Shown here: positions 1-11,569 of the stretch, in pieces
How positions within the stretch are numbered: the stretch's first letter is position 1
Layout: the number at the start of each line of letters is the position of its first letter
Assembly: GCF_036365525.1 (NCBI RefSeq)
Contig: NC_090378.1
Coordinates: 124,481,593-124,545,592 of the forward strand
Length of the DNA stretch: 64,000 nt
Direction: 5' to 3'
DNA from: Heterodontus francisci
Taxonomy: Eukaryota
Notes under the pieces: generated by a model
The model's database searches: none
Told to the model about the DNA's origin: nothing
What the model saw: the letters and a program-made list of their open reading frames with translations, nothing else
Position numbers and translations under genes: made by a program

Positions 1-3000
1 TATAATAATGGACACACAGTCCCACCTCCTGTACTGACACATCCCACAGTTATATTTAATATATAATAATGGACACACAGTCCCACCTCCTGTACTGACA
101 CATCCCACAGTTATATCTAATATATAATAATGGACACACAGTCCCACCTCCTGGACTGACACGTCCCACAGTTATATATAATATATAATATTGGACAGAC
201 AGCCCCACCTCCTGTCCTGACAGATCCCACTGTTATCTAGAATATATAATAATGGGCTCACAGTCCCATGTCCTGTACTGACACATCCCACAGTTATATA
301 TAATATATGTTCATGGACACACAGTCCCACCTCCCGCACTGACACATCCCACAGTTATATATAAGACATAATATTGGACACACAGTCCCACCTCCTGTAC
401 TGACACATCCGACAGTTATCTAGAATATATAATAATGGACACACAGTCCCACCTCCCGCACTGACACATCCGACAGTTATATATAATATATAATAATGGA
501 CACACAGTCCCACCTCCTGCACTGACACATCCCACATTTATATATGATATATAATAATGGAAACACAGTCCCACCTCCCGAACTGACACATCCCACAGTT
601 ATATATAATATATAATAATGGACGCACAGTCCCACCTCCTCGACTGACACGTTCCACAGTTATATATAATATATAATAATGGACACACAGTCCCACCTCC
701 TGTACTGACACATCCCACAGTTATAAATAATATATAATAATGGACACACAGTCCCACCTCCCGCACTGACACATCCCACAGTTATATATAATATATAATA
801 ATGGACACACAGTCCCACCTCCTGCACTGACACATCCCACAGTTATATATAATATATATTAATGGACGCACCGTGCCACCTCCTCGACTGACACGTTCCA
901 CAGTTATATATAATATATAATAATGGACAGACAGTCCCACCTCCCGCACTGACACATCCCACAGTTATATATAATATATAATAATGGACACACAGTCCCA
1001 CCTCCTGTACTGACACATCCTACAGTTATATATAATATATAATAATGGACACACAGTCCCACCTCCCGCACTGACACATCCCACAATTATATATAGTATA
1101 TAATAATGGACACACAGTCCCACCTCCCGAACTGACACATCCCACAGTTATATATAATATATAATAATGGACGCACAGTCCCACCTCCTCGACTGACACA
1201 TCCCACAGTTATATATAATATATAATAATGGACGCACAGTCCCACCTCCTCGACTGACACGTTCCACAGTTATATATAATATATAATAATGGACACACAG
1301 TCCCACCTCCTGTACTGACACATCCCACAGTTATATATAATATATAATAATGGACACACAGTCCCACCTCCCGCACTGACACATCCCACAGTTATATATA
1401 ATATATAATAATGGACACACAGTCCCACCTCCTCGACTGACACTTTCCACAGTTATATATAATATATAATAAGGGACGCACAGTCCCACCTCCTCGACTG
1501 ACACGTTCCACAGTTATATATAATATATAATAATGGAGACACAGTCCCACTTCCTTGATTTACACGTTCCACAGTTATATATAATATATAGTAATGGACA
1601 CACAGTCCCACCTCCCGCACTGACACATCCCACAATTATATATAGTATATAATAATGGACACACAGTCCCACCTCCCGAACTGACACATCCCACAGTTAT
1701 ATATAATATATAATAATGGACACACAGTCCCACCTCCCGCACTGACACATCCCACAGTTATATATAATATATAATAATGGACACACAGTCCCACCTCCTC
1801 GACTGACACTTTCCACAGTTATATATAATATATAATAATGGACGCACAGTCCCACCTCCTCGACTGACACGTTCCACAGTTATATATAATATATAATAAT
1901 GGAGACACAGTCCCACTTCCTTGATTTACACGTTCCACAGTTATATATAATATATAGTAATGGACACACAGTCCCACCTCCCGCACTGACACATCCCACA
2001 GTTATATATAATATATAATAATGGACGCACAGTCCCACCTCCTCGACTGACACGTTCCACAGTTATATATAATATATAATAATGGACACACAGTCCCACC
2101 TCCTGCACTGACACATCCCACAGTTATATATAATATATAATAATGGACACACAGTCCCACCTCCTGTACTGACACATCCCACAGTTATATATAATATATA
2201 ATAATGGACACACAGTCCCACCTCCCGCACTGACACATCCCGCAGTTATATATAATATATAATAATGGACACACAGTCCCACCTCCTCGACTGACACTTT
2301 CCACAGTTATATATAATATATAATAAGGGACGCACAGTCCCACCTCCTCGACTGACACGTTCCACAGTTATATATAATATATAATAATGGAGACACAGTC
2401 CCACTTCCTTGATTTACACGTTCCACAGTTATATATAATATATAGTAATGGACACACAGTCCCACCTCCCGCACTGACACATCCCACAGTTATATATAAT
2501 ATATAATAATGGACGCACAGTCCCACCTCCTCGACTGACACGTTCCACAGTTATATATAATATATAATAATGGACACACAGTCCCACCTCCTGCACTGAC
2601 ACATCCCACAGTTATATATAATATATAATAATGGACGCACCGTGCCACCTCCTCGACTGACACGTTCCACAGTTATATATAATATATAATAATGGACAGA
2701 CAGTCCCACCTCCCGCACTGACACATCCCACAGTTATATATAATATATAATAATGGACGCACAGTACCACCTCCTCGACTGACACGTTCCACAGTTATAT
2801 ATAATATATAATAATGGACACACAGTCCCACCTCCCGCACTGACACATCCCACAGTTATATATAATATATAATAATGGAAACACAGTCCCACCTCCCGCA
2901 CTGAAACATCCCACAGTTATATATAATATATAATAATGGACACACTGTCCCACCACCTGCACTGACACATCCCACAGTTATATATAATATATAATAATGG

Positions 3001-5611
3001 ACACACAGTCCCACCTCCCGCACTGAAACATCCCACAGTTATATATAATATATAATAATGGACGCACAGTCCCACCTCCTGTACTGACACATCCCACAGT
3101 TATATATAATATATAATAATGGACGCACAGTCCCACCTCCTGTACTGACACATCCCACAGTTATATATAATATATAATAATGGACACACTGTCCCACCAC
3201 CTGCACTGACACATCCCACAGTTATATATAATATATAATAATGGACACACAGTCCCACCTCCTCGACTGACACGTTCCACAGTTATATATAATATATAAT
3301 AATGGACACACAGTCCCACCACCTGTACTGACACGTCCCACAGTTATATATAATAATAATAATGGACACACAGTCCCACCTCCTGCACTGACACATCCCA
3401 CAGTTATATATAATAATAATAATGGACACACAGTCCCACCTCCTGTACTGACACATCCCACAGTTATATATAATATATAATAATGGACACACAGTCCCAC
3501 CACCTGTACTGACACATCCGACAGTTATATATAATATATAATAATGGACACACAGTCCCACCTCCCGCACTGACACATCCCGCAGTTATATATAGTATAT
3601 AATAATGGACACACAGTCCCACCTCCCGCACTGACACATCCCACAGTTATATATAGTATATAATAATGGACACACAGTCCCACCTCCCGCACTGACACAT
3701 CTGACAGTTATATATAGTATATAATAATGGACACCCAGTCCCACCTCCCGCACTGACATCCCACAGTTATATATAATATATAATAATGGACACACAGTCC
3801 CACCTCCAGTCCTGACACATCCCACAGTTATATATAATATATAATAATGGATACACAGTCCCACCTCCCGCACTGACATCCCACAGTTATATATAATATA
3901 TAATAATGGACGCACAGTCCCACCTCCTGCACTGACACATCCCACAGTTATATATAATATATAATAATGGACACACAGTCCCACTTCCCGCACTGACACA
4001 TCCCACAGTTATATATAATATATAATAATGGACGCACAGTCCCACCTACCCGACTGACATGTTCCACATTTATATATAATATATAATAATGGACTCACAG
4101 CCCACCTCCCGCACTGACACATTCCACAGTTATAGATAATATATAATAATGAACACACAGTCCCACCTCCTCGACTGACACGTTCCACAGTTATATATCA
4201 TATATAATAATGGACGCACAGTCCCACCTACCCGACTGACATGTTCCACATTTATATATAATATATAATAATGGACTCACAGCCCACCTCCCGCACTGAC
4301 ACATCCCACAGTTATAGATAATATATAATAATGGACACACAGTCCCACCTCCCGCACTGACACATCCCACAGTTATATATAATATATAATAATGGATGCA
4401 CAGTCCCACCTCCTCGACTGACACGTTCCACAGTTATATATAATATATAATAAGGGACGCACAGTCCCACCTCCTCGACTGACACGTTCCACAGTTATAT
4501 ATAATATATAATAAGGGACGCACAGTCCCACCTCCTCGACTAACACGTTCCACAGTTATATATAATATATAATAAGGGACGCACAGTCCCACCTCCTCGA
4601 CTGACACGTTCCACAGTTATATATAATATATAATAAGGGACGCACAGTCCCACCTCCTCGACTAACACGTTCCACAGTTATATATAATATATAATAAGGG
4701 ACGCACAGTCCCACCTCCTCGACTGACACGTTCCACTGTTATATATAATATATAATATGGGACGCACAGTCCCACCTCCCGCACTGACACATCCCACAGT
4801 TATAGATAATGTATAATAATGGACACACAGTCCGACCTCCTGCACTGACACATCCCACAGTTATATATAATATATAATAATGGACACACAGTCCCACCTC
4901 CTGCACTGACACATCCCACAGTTATATATAATATATAATAATGGACGCACAGTCCCACCTCCTGCACTGACACATCCCACAGTTATATATAATATATATT
5001 AATGGACACGCAGTCCCACCTCCTGCACTGACACATCCCACAGTTATATATAATATATAATAATGGACACACAGTCCCAATTTCTCTACTGACACATCCA
5101 CCGTTATATATAATATATAATAATGGACACACAGTCCCAATTTCACTACTGACACATCCACAGTTATATATAATATATAATAATGGATACACAGTCCCAC
5201 CTCCTGTACTGACACATCCCACAGTTATATATAATATATAATAATGGACACACAGTCCCACCTCCTGTACTGACACATCCCACAGTTATATATAATATAT
5301 AATAATGGACACACAGTCCCACCTCCTGTACTGACACATCCCACAGTTATATATAATATATAATAATGGACACACAGTCACACCTCCTGCACTGACACAT
5401 CCCACAGTTATATATAATATATAATAATGGACACACAGTCCCACCTCCTGTACTGACACATCCCACAGTTATAAATAATATATAATAATGGACACACAGT
5501 CCCACCTCCTGTACTGACACATCCCACAGTTATATATAATATATAATAATGGACACACAGTCCCACCTCCTGTACCGACACATCCCACAGTTATATTTAT
5601 TATATAATAAA
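1..5611. repeat. 61-bp tandem minisatellite (~90 copies, runs off the window start)
   Basis: Unit GTTATATATAATATATAATAATGGACACACAGTCCCACCTCCTGTACTGACACATCCCACA repeated head-to-tail. A variant unit (TTCCTTGATTTACACG) recurs at 1551, 1917 and 2405, i.e. at multiples of 61 bp. Confidence 0.97.
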
Positions 5612-6099
5612 CAGACCTTCTATTAAAACAGTTGCTTCAATCTCCTGTCTTATCTATCTGGGAAATATTTGCTGTTTTGTGCATTGCTGCCACATGTGTC
5701 GATGAGAGTGTTGACAGAAACATTCCCCTGAACGGTGTGAGGAATTGAGAAAGGATGGAGGAGTTTAGAGAGGACGAGGAGCTGCTGTCTTCATCAGTGA
5801 GAATCTCACAGCTCTGGAGATTTGACATTTTGCTTCATTCGATTCTCTCTGGGTTCTCGTGGAGTCGCTTCATGAGCACAGACTAATTATTGATCATTAT
5901 TATTGACCCCCCATCCCAGGTCAGACACCCCAGGTCAGTTACTATGGAAACAGGTTTCTTATCATCTGATTGGACAATCTGGATGACACAATTTTCACCA
6001 ATCAAAATCCAATTTAGAAAAGTGTCGAAATGAATAAAACTGAAATCATAAATAGAAAGCAAACTGAACAAATTAAAGCCTGATGTTATTTCCACGATC

Positions 6100-6330
6100 C
6101 ACTACACACTCCTGTCCCTGTGGTGCCCACTGCAGCCTTCAGGCCTCAAGTGACCCAGCAGACACCCCCTGCTCCTTCTCCAGGGCCACCCGGGTGGGGA
6201 CAATGCCATGGTAGAGAGACTGGCAGCCAGTGCCACCACCCCATGGGTCCCATCCAACTCGGGCCTGTGGATGGACACCTTGGCCAGGCCCAGGAGCAGA
6301 CCCACGAGGAGGGGCCTCCAACCTGCCCAG
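6100..6330 (-). mobile_element. Short 3' fragment of a Tx1/L1-clade LINE ORF2
   Basis: Minus-strand peptides LLVGLLLGLAKVSIHR and VALEKEQGVSAGSLEA match the C-terminus of the larger degenerate Tx1-like copy at 25805-26344 (LLMGLLLGLAKLAIHR...VSLEKEQAVSAGSIEA). Confidence 0.65.
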
Positions 6331-6720
6331 TCCCCTCTGCACTGGGTGGCCAAAGATCAGGAGTGTGGGCCTGAATTAGAACCAGAGGATGAGGAGCAGC
6401 CCCTTCAAATAATGGAACAGGGGCCACAACCTCTCCCACTCCATGTAGACATGATCCACCGACTCTGAAACTCACTGTTTTCAAATGGTCCATGAGGAAG
6501 ACCAGAGTCAGCAACAGAAACATCACATTTACAGAAACACTCCTCCCCTTTTCTCCAGGGCACAGGCAGGTGAGCTCGGTTAGCTGGGAGATTTTCATTT
6601 TCCAGGAATTGAGTGGCTCCAGGTTTTTCCATCTGATGTGGTGGGAAGAGCAGCTGGAAGATTTATCATCGACAAGTAGAATTCCCAACTTTCCCAAGCA
6701 CGGCAGCATGGAATTCAAAC

Positions 6721-6979
6721 AGAGAGAGAGAGTGAAGCAGAGACAGCAGGAGAGAGAGAGAAACAGAGACAGTGGGAGAGAGAGAATGACAGAAAGAGAG
6801 ACAGTGAGAGAGAGAGAGAGAGATAAAGAGAGACAGTAGGAGAGAGAGAGAAAGTGCTAGAGAGAGACAGATAGAGAGAGAGAAAGAGTGAGAGAAAGAG
6901 AATGAGAGAAAGAGAGAGAGGGAGATAGTGAGATAGACAGAGGGAAAGAGCACAAGAGGGACAGCGTGAGAGAGAGAGA
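6721..6979. repeat. (GA)n-rich imperfect microsatellite
   Basis: Purine-rich GA/GACA runs seen directly. Confidence 0.9.
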
Positions 6980-7760
6980 TGGCTGGTTGGCCCAGTGGAC
7001 ATTGGGACTCTGACTTCTGGCCTATATGAGGGTCCCGAGCCTGCCCATGTCATCAGCACTCGCCGGAGCAACTTTCTGGGAGGCAGCCTCTTAATTGGTC
7101 ACCTCCACACTCACTGTCCTATTAATGATGGCAGTCAGGCTCCCGAGCCTGCAGGCCCAATCAGAGGGCCCACAGTGATGTCAGGCTGGCAGCTCCACCG
7201 GGAGAGGTGGGCCCTGCTGAAACAGGCAGGCGAGAGTGAGGGCCCCTCAACATGGAGACGCCCTTGGCTGCCTGCAGAGGAATAGTAAAATAAAAAGGGC
7301 TGAAGCCAGTTGGGCCATCAGGTTGAAGAGGGTTAGGGTTAGGAAACTCCTCCACAGGATTATTAACAGGCGGGACTGCAGCTTTTCATCCCTGTAGCTC
7401 TGTCATTGGGACATAGAGTCTCCGTCTCCGATGGTCCCCTGGCCTGCTGCCGGGAGGCCTCCTCCATTGAGCTGGTGGCCTCCGCACTCGGGGGTGGGGA
7501 GGCCGCTCCGACGTTGGTAAAATACCAGCACCGGCTCAAAAATGGCCCCTAAATGTGAACTTCATTGCTCGAATTGTCTGCCCATCTCCATGGAGGCAGC
7601 AGATGACCGGTTCCCAGTACACCCATGGGAAAGTAACCCGGAGGCGGGAATGTGTCAGGGAGCCATGTTGACACGGCTCGTCGTATTTTTCCCAGTCCTG
7701 CCCAACCTCCAAATGAGAACCCCGTCTCCATGGCACCGGGAGAATTCATCCCAGTCTGTT

Positions 7761-8625
7761 AGAGACAGAGAGAGAGAAAGTGAGAGAGAGAGAAAGAGAG
7801 AGAGAGTGAGAGGGAGAAAAAGAGAGACAGAGTGAGAAAGAGAGACAAAGTGAGAGAGTGAGAGAGAGAGAAAGAGAGAGATAGTGAGAGGGAGAAAAAG
7901 AGAGACAGAGTGAGACTGAATGAGAGNNNNNNNNNNNNNNNNNNNNNNNNNNNNNNNNNNNNNNNNNNNNNNNNNNNNNNNNNNNNNNNNNNNNNNNNNN
8001 NNNNNNNNNNNNNNNNNNNNNNNNNNNNNNNNNNNNNNNNNNNNNNNNNNNNNNNNNNNNNNNNNNNNNNNNNNNNNNNNNNNNNNNNNNNNNNNNNNNN
8101 NNNNAGAGAGACAGAGTGAGGCAGAATGAGAGAGTGAGAGTGAGAAAGAGAGAGAGAGTGAGAGAGAAAGAAAGAGAGAGACAGTGAGAGGGAGAAAAAG
8201 AGAGACAGAGTGAGGGAGTGAGAGAGAGTGAGAAAGAGAGACAGAGTGAGTGAGAGAAAGAGAGAGACAGATTGAGAGAGAGTGTGAGAGAGAGAGAGCG
8301 TGTGACAGAGACAGAGTAACAGGGAGTGAGAGAGAGGGACATAATGAGAGAGTGAAAGAGACAGAGTGAGAGAAAACAATGAGAGAGAGACAGAATGTGA
8401 GAGAAACCCAAAGTAGCAGAGACAGAGTGTGACACACTGTGAATGACACACACAGACAGAGACAGACAGAAGCACACATAGAGACAGAGACAAATAGATA
8501 TATATAGAGAGAGTGTGAGAGACAGAGACACACATACACACAGGCAAAGAGTGACAGAGAAAGAGACACAGTGACAGTGAAAGACAGAGAGAGGGTGAGA
8601 GTGAGTGAGTGAAACAGAGAGCAGA
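7761..8625. repeat. (GA)n/(GAGT)n-rich imperfect microsatellite spanning an assembly gap
   Basis: GA-rich low-complexity tract on both sides of the N run, ending right at the J RSS. Confidence 0.9.
7927..8104. other. Assembly gap (178 N)
   Basis: Run of N characters. Confidence 1.
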
Positions 8626-8664
8626 GGATATTGTACAGCCCCTGCACTGGAAGCTGTCAGTGTG
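8626..8664 (-). promoter_or_regulatory. Recombination signal sequence (23-RSS) of the Ig light-chain J segment
   Basis: On the + strand: nonamer GGATATTGT (8626-8634; 7/9 match to GGTTTTTGT), an exactly 23-nt spacer (8635-8657), and heptamer CAGTGTG (8658-8664; 6/7 match to CACTGTG, critical GTG intact) abutting J. A 23-spacer on J is the kappa-type arrangement. Confidence 0.93.
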
Positions 8665-8699
8665 GTTTACGTTCGGTAAAGGAACCAAGCTCAGACTGA
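8665..8699 (+). CDS. IGKJ: Immunoglobulin light-chain (kappa-type) J gene segment, unrearranged
   Basis: G TTT ACG TTC GGT AAA GGA ACC AAG CTC AGA CTG A = FTFGKGTKLRL, containing the FGxG motif. It is preceded by the 23-RSS and followed by a perfect phase-1 donor GTAAGT at 8700. Confidence 0.95.
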
Positions 8700-9236
8700 G
8701 TAAGTAAACCTCAATCCTCCGTTATTAATCCTTTAAATACTGAAACTTTCGAAAACACAAATGCTGAATAGTGGAAGGTGTTAGTAAGGAGCTGCAGTCA
8801 ATGAAATGGTTCATTGAAGAGCACTGTGTATAACAGGGTGCCCAGCTGTATTTCTTTAGTTACATTCCCCCTTTAACCAGCAAGATATAAGTAACCAACT
8901 TTTACCGAGTGTGTAGAGGAGATCTGGAAGTTTGCAGACTGTGGTCACATTCCTGCTCCATGGAGTGAAATCCCTCACTAGACTCCTGCCAGTCTCAGTG
9001 TGAGCTCTGGGTCTCTGTCACAGTCTCTGATAGAACTGATCTCAGCACCAGCACAGTGAGACACCAAGGTCCCACCTCCCCCAAATTTAACTCTGCTCTG
9101 TCCACTCCCTGCTTATCTCTTGTCAAAGTTCTGATGACAAACAGCGACAGCAGGGCTCCCAATCCAGTGGCTTCAGTGTTCCAGGGTTTTGGGGAGACTC
9201 TCAGTTGCTTTGTCTTTGGGTCAAGTTCAGGTCGAT

Positions 9237-10127
9237 TGTTCTGACCAGGTGATGAAAGTCTCTAGGGGTCTTTCACAGCCTTCACCTGGTCTTACTGTAA
9301 CAAGATTTAATTTGAAACACACTGTGTGAGGCAAAGAAATGAGCACAAACAGGTTTTCTTAGGTTTAAAGAAGAAAGGTGAAATTTATTAAAACTTAAAC
9401 TAAAACTCTAATTCAGTTAACGCGTACGGATACACGCCATGCCCCATGCTAGCATGCATATGCGATACACACATGCAAATAGAGACAGAAAAGAGCAGAA
9501 GAAAAATAAAGTGCAGAGGTTTGAGGCAATCTCTGAAGAGAGTTTTTGTTACTGTGCTTTGAGCTCACTGTAGTCCTTGCTTGTCGGTAGGTGTTGCTTT
9601 TCATTGGGGCCCAGTATTCTTCTTAAACCTTGTTCACTGTGGGAGACTTTTCCCTCTTGCGGTTCATATGTCTTCAATGATTCCTGAAGCTGGTCAGAGA
9701 GATGAAAGCCAATGGGAGAGAGACAGTGGCAAGCCAGCCATGAAAAGTCTTTTCAGTCCAGGAGCAAACAGCTTTCTGAGTTCAAATTCTCTGTGGCAAG
9801 TTCAAATTCAAAAAACTACAACAGCCAGTTAGTCATGTGACTAAACTGGTCTGGCCATGTCCGATGGTGTAGTCGGCCATCTTAGCAGTCAAGCTGGAAT
9901 GGGAGCTCCTCCATCCTCAAAGTCCATTGTGGATTGAATTTGTCAGGAAATGGTCTTTTGTCCCTTCCAAGTTCTGTCTGTTATTATGCCAATGTCTTTC
10001 CAGTCAAGGGCCTGGTGTTGTTTTTTAAAAACAAGTTATTTCTTTACTCCAGCAACAGATTAAAAAGCAGTGTTCATATGGTGAAATTAATGTGCCTCAT
10101 TCTTGGCAGGTGGGGGCCTGCATGACA
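9237..10127. mobile_element. Candidate solo LTR / LTR-like repeat in the J-C intron
   Basis: ~890-bp non-coding block beginning TGTTCTG and ending CATGACA (TG...CA termini, imperfect terminal inverted repeat). It resembles shark LTR sequences as I recall them. No clean TSD is visible. Confidence 0.4.
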
Positions 10128-10149
10128 CTGATATTTATCTCTGAACCGA

Positions 10150-10335
10150 TGTCACTGAAAATGTTCATTTACCTCATTGCTGTTTGTGGGATCTTGCTGT
10201 GCACAAATTGTCTGCCACATTTCCTGCATTCAAACAGTGACTGCTCTTTAAACAAGTCCTTCATTGTCTGTAAATGACTTTGGGAGGTCCTGAGGTGTGA
10301 AATACCCGACATAAATACAAGTCTTTCTTTTCTTT
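10150..10335 (+). mobile_element. DeuSINE-like (SacSINE1-type) SINE, 3' fragment
   Basis: CATTGCTGTTTGTGGGATCTTGCTGTGCACAAATTG...CTTTGGGAGGTCCTGAGG...AAGTCTTTCTTTT. It is homologous to the 3' half of the copy at 10738-11128. Confidence 0.6.
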
Positions 10336-10737
10336 TTATTAACCGGGAGCTCCCACAATACCCTGTTGATTAAAGCTGAACCCAGCAGAAAATCCACAGA
10401 AAACTGACTAATGTTTGTCTGATTTGTCTGTGTGTTTATTAGACATGACTGAGCAGATAGCAAGAGTTTCAGCAGCAACAAAGGTGTTACTCTAGTGCCC
10501 CTCCCACTTTCCCCATCGACTTACATAATACTTACGGGGAAAGGGCTCAGCACCTGCCATCGACTGGTTAAATGTCACCCCTCTAGACTACAGGTCTCCC
10601 GTAATCTGCTCTCCATCTCTCTCCTGAAGGCACTATCTCTGGCTGGGGCACAGCTCCACCCTCCCCAAGTGGCCTCATTCCTCCAAGTGTGAGCCGGGAG
10701 GTTGAGAATGGCAGGCTATTCGACTGTGAGGTTTTAG

Positions 10738-11128
10738 TGTTGCCTCAGTGGGTAGCACTCTCACCTCTGAGTCAGAATGTCGTGGCTTCAGGTCCCACTC
10801 CAGAGGCTGGAGCACATAATCCAGGCTGACACTGCAGTGCAGTATTGAGGGAGTGCTGCATTGTCAGAGGTGCTGTCTTTCAGTTGAGACAAACTGACGT
10901 CTGCCCTCTCAGGTGGATGTAAAGGATCCCACTGCGCTATTAGAAGAGCAGGGGAATTCTCCCCGGTGTTCTGGACAATGTTTATCACTCAACCAACGGC
11001 ACTGAAAATCAGATGATCTGCTCATTATCACTCAGCTGTCTGGGATCTTGCTGTGCACAATTGGCCGTAAAACACTTTGGGACATCCTGAGGTAGTGACA
11101 GGCACTATAGAAATGCAAGTCTTTCTTT
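10738..11128 (+). mobile_element. tRNA-headed DeuSINE-like SINE (SacSINE1-type)
   Basis: tRNA-like head (CTCAGTGGGTAGCACTCTCACCTCTGAGTCAGAA...TTCAGGTCCCACTCCAGAG), a central conserved-type domain (GCAGTATTGAGGGAGTGCTGCA...), and tail GCACTATAGAAATGCAAGTCTTTCTTT. Confidence 0.7.
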
Positions 11129-11569
11129 GAGTTTGGAGGCTCCTGATCCTGACCCTCGCGCACACTCTCACCTTCCAGGCGTCATGGGATCATTTGGAGC
11201 AGTGACTCTGCCTGACCCCAGTACACTGAGACTGATTATAACCTCACCCTTGACCTCACCCCAGTGTTGGACAAGAAGGTTTTAAATGAAATCTAAAACC
11301 TTCTACACCGACACCCAACATGAATCCTTTCTGACATGTGTTGATACAAGTCTGCTCCAGTGTTCTCGGAGAAAGTTCTCCGGATGTGTGTGTGATCTGA
11401 GATTTGTTAACACTGAGCCTGTTTCCTCCGGATCGACTGATCTATAGTTCGAGCTTCCTGTCAGGTTAACAGTGTCTTAAAGGGACACTGAGTCTTTAAA
11501 CACTCTTACTATTAACCATTTCAGTGCTGAATTGGTGATAAACCTTCATTAGAGACGTTTAAACAGAGA

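Noticed and set aside
7171-7198. CACAGTG upstream of J as a possible V 12-RSS
   Set aside because: The nonamer position reads CAGCTCCAC (no match) and the upstream sequence has no V-domain motifs.
6666-8688. Ser/Leu- or Arg/Glu-rich ORFs, including those crossing the N run
   Set aside because: They are translations of GA microsatellite and gap characters.
9473-9480. Perfect octamer ATGCAAAT in the J-C intron
   Set aside because: It lies in an LTR-like repeat, an equally perfect copy occurs inside a CR1 at ~51530, and about this many are expected by chance. It is not enough to call an enhancer.
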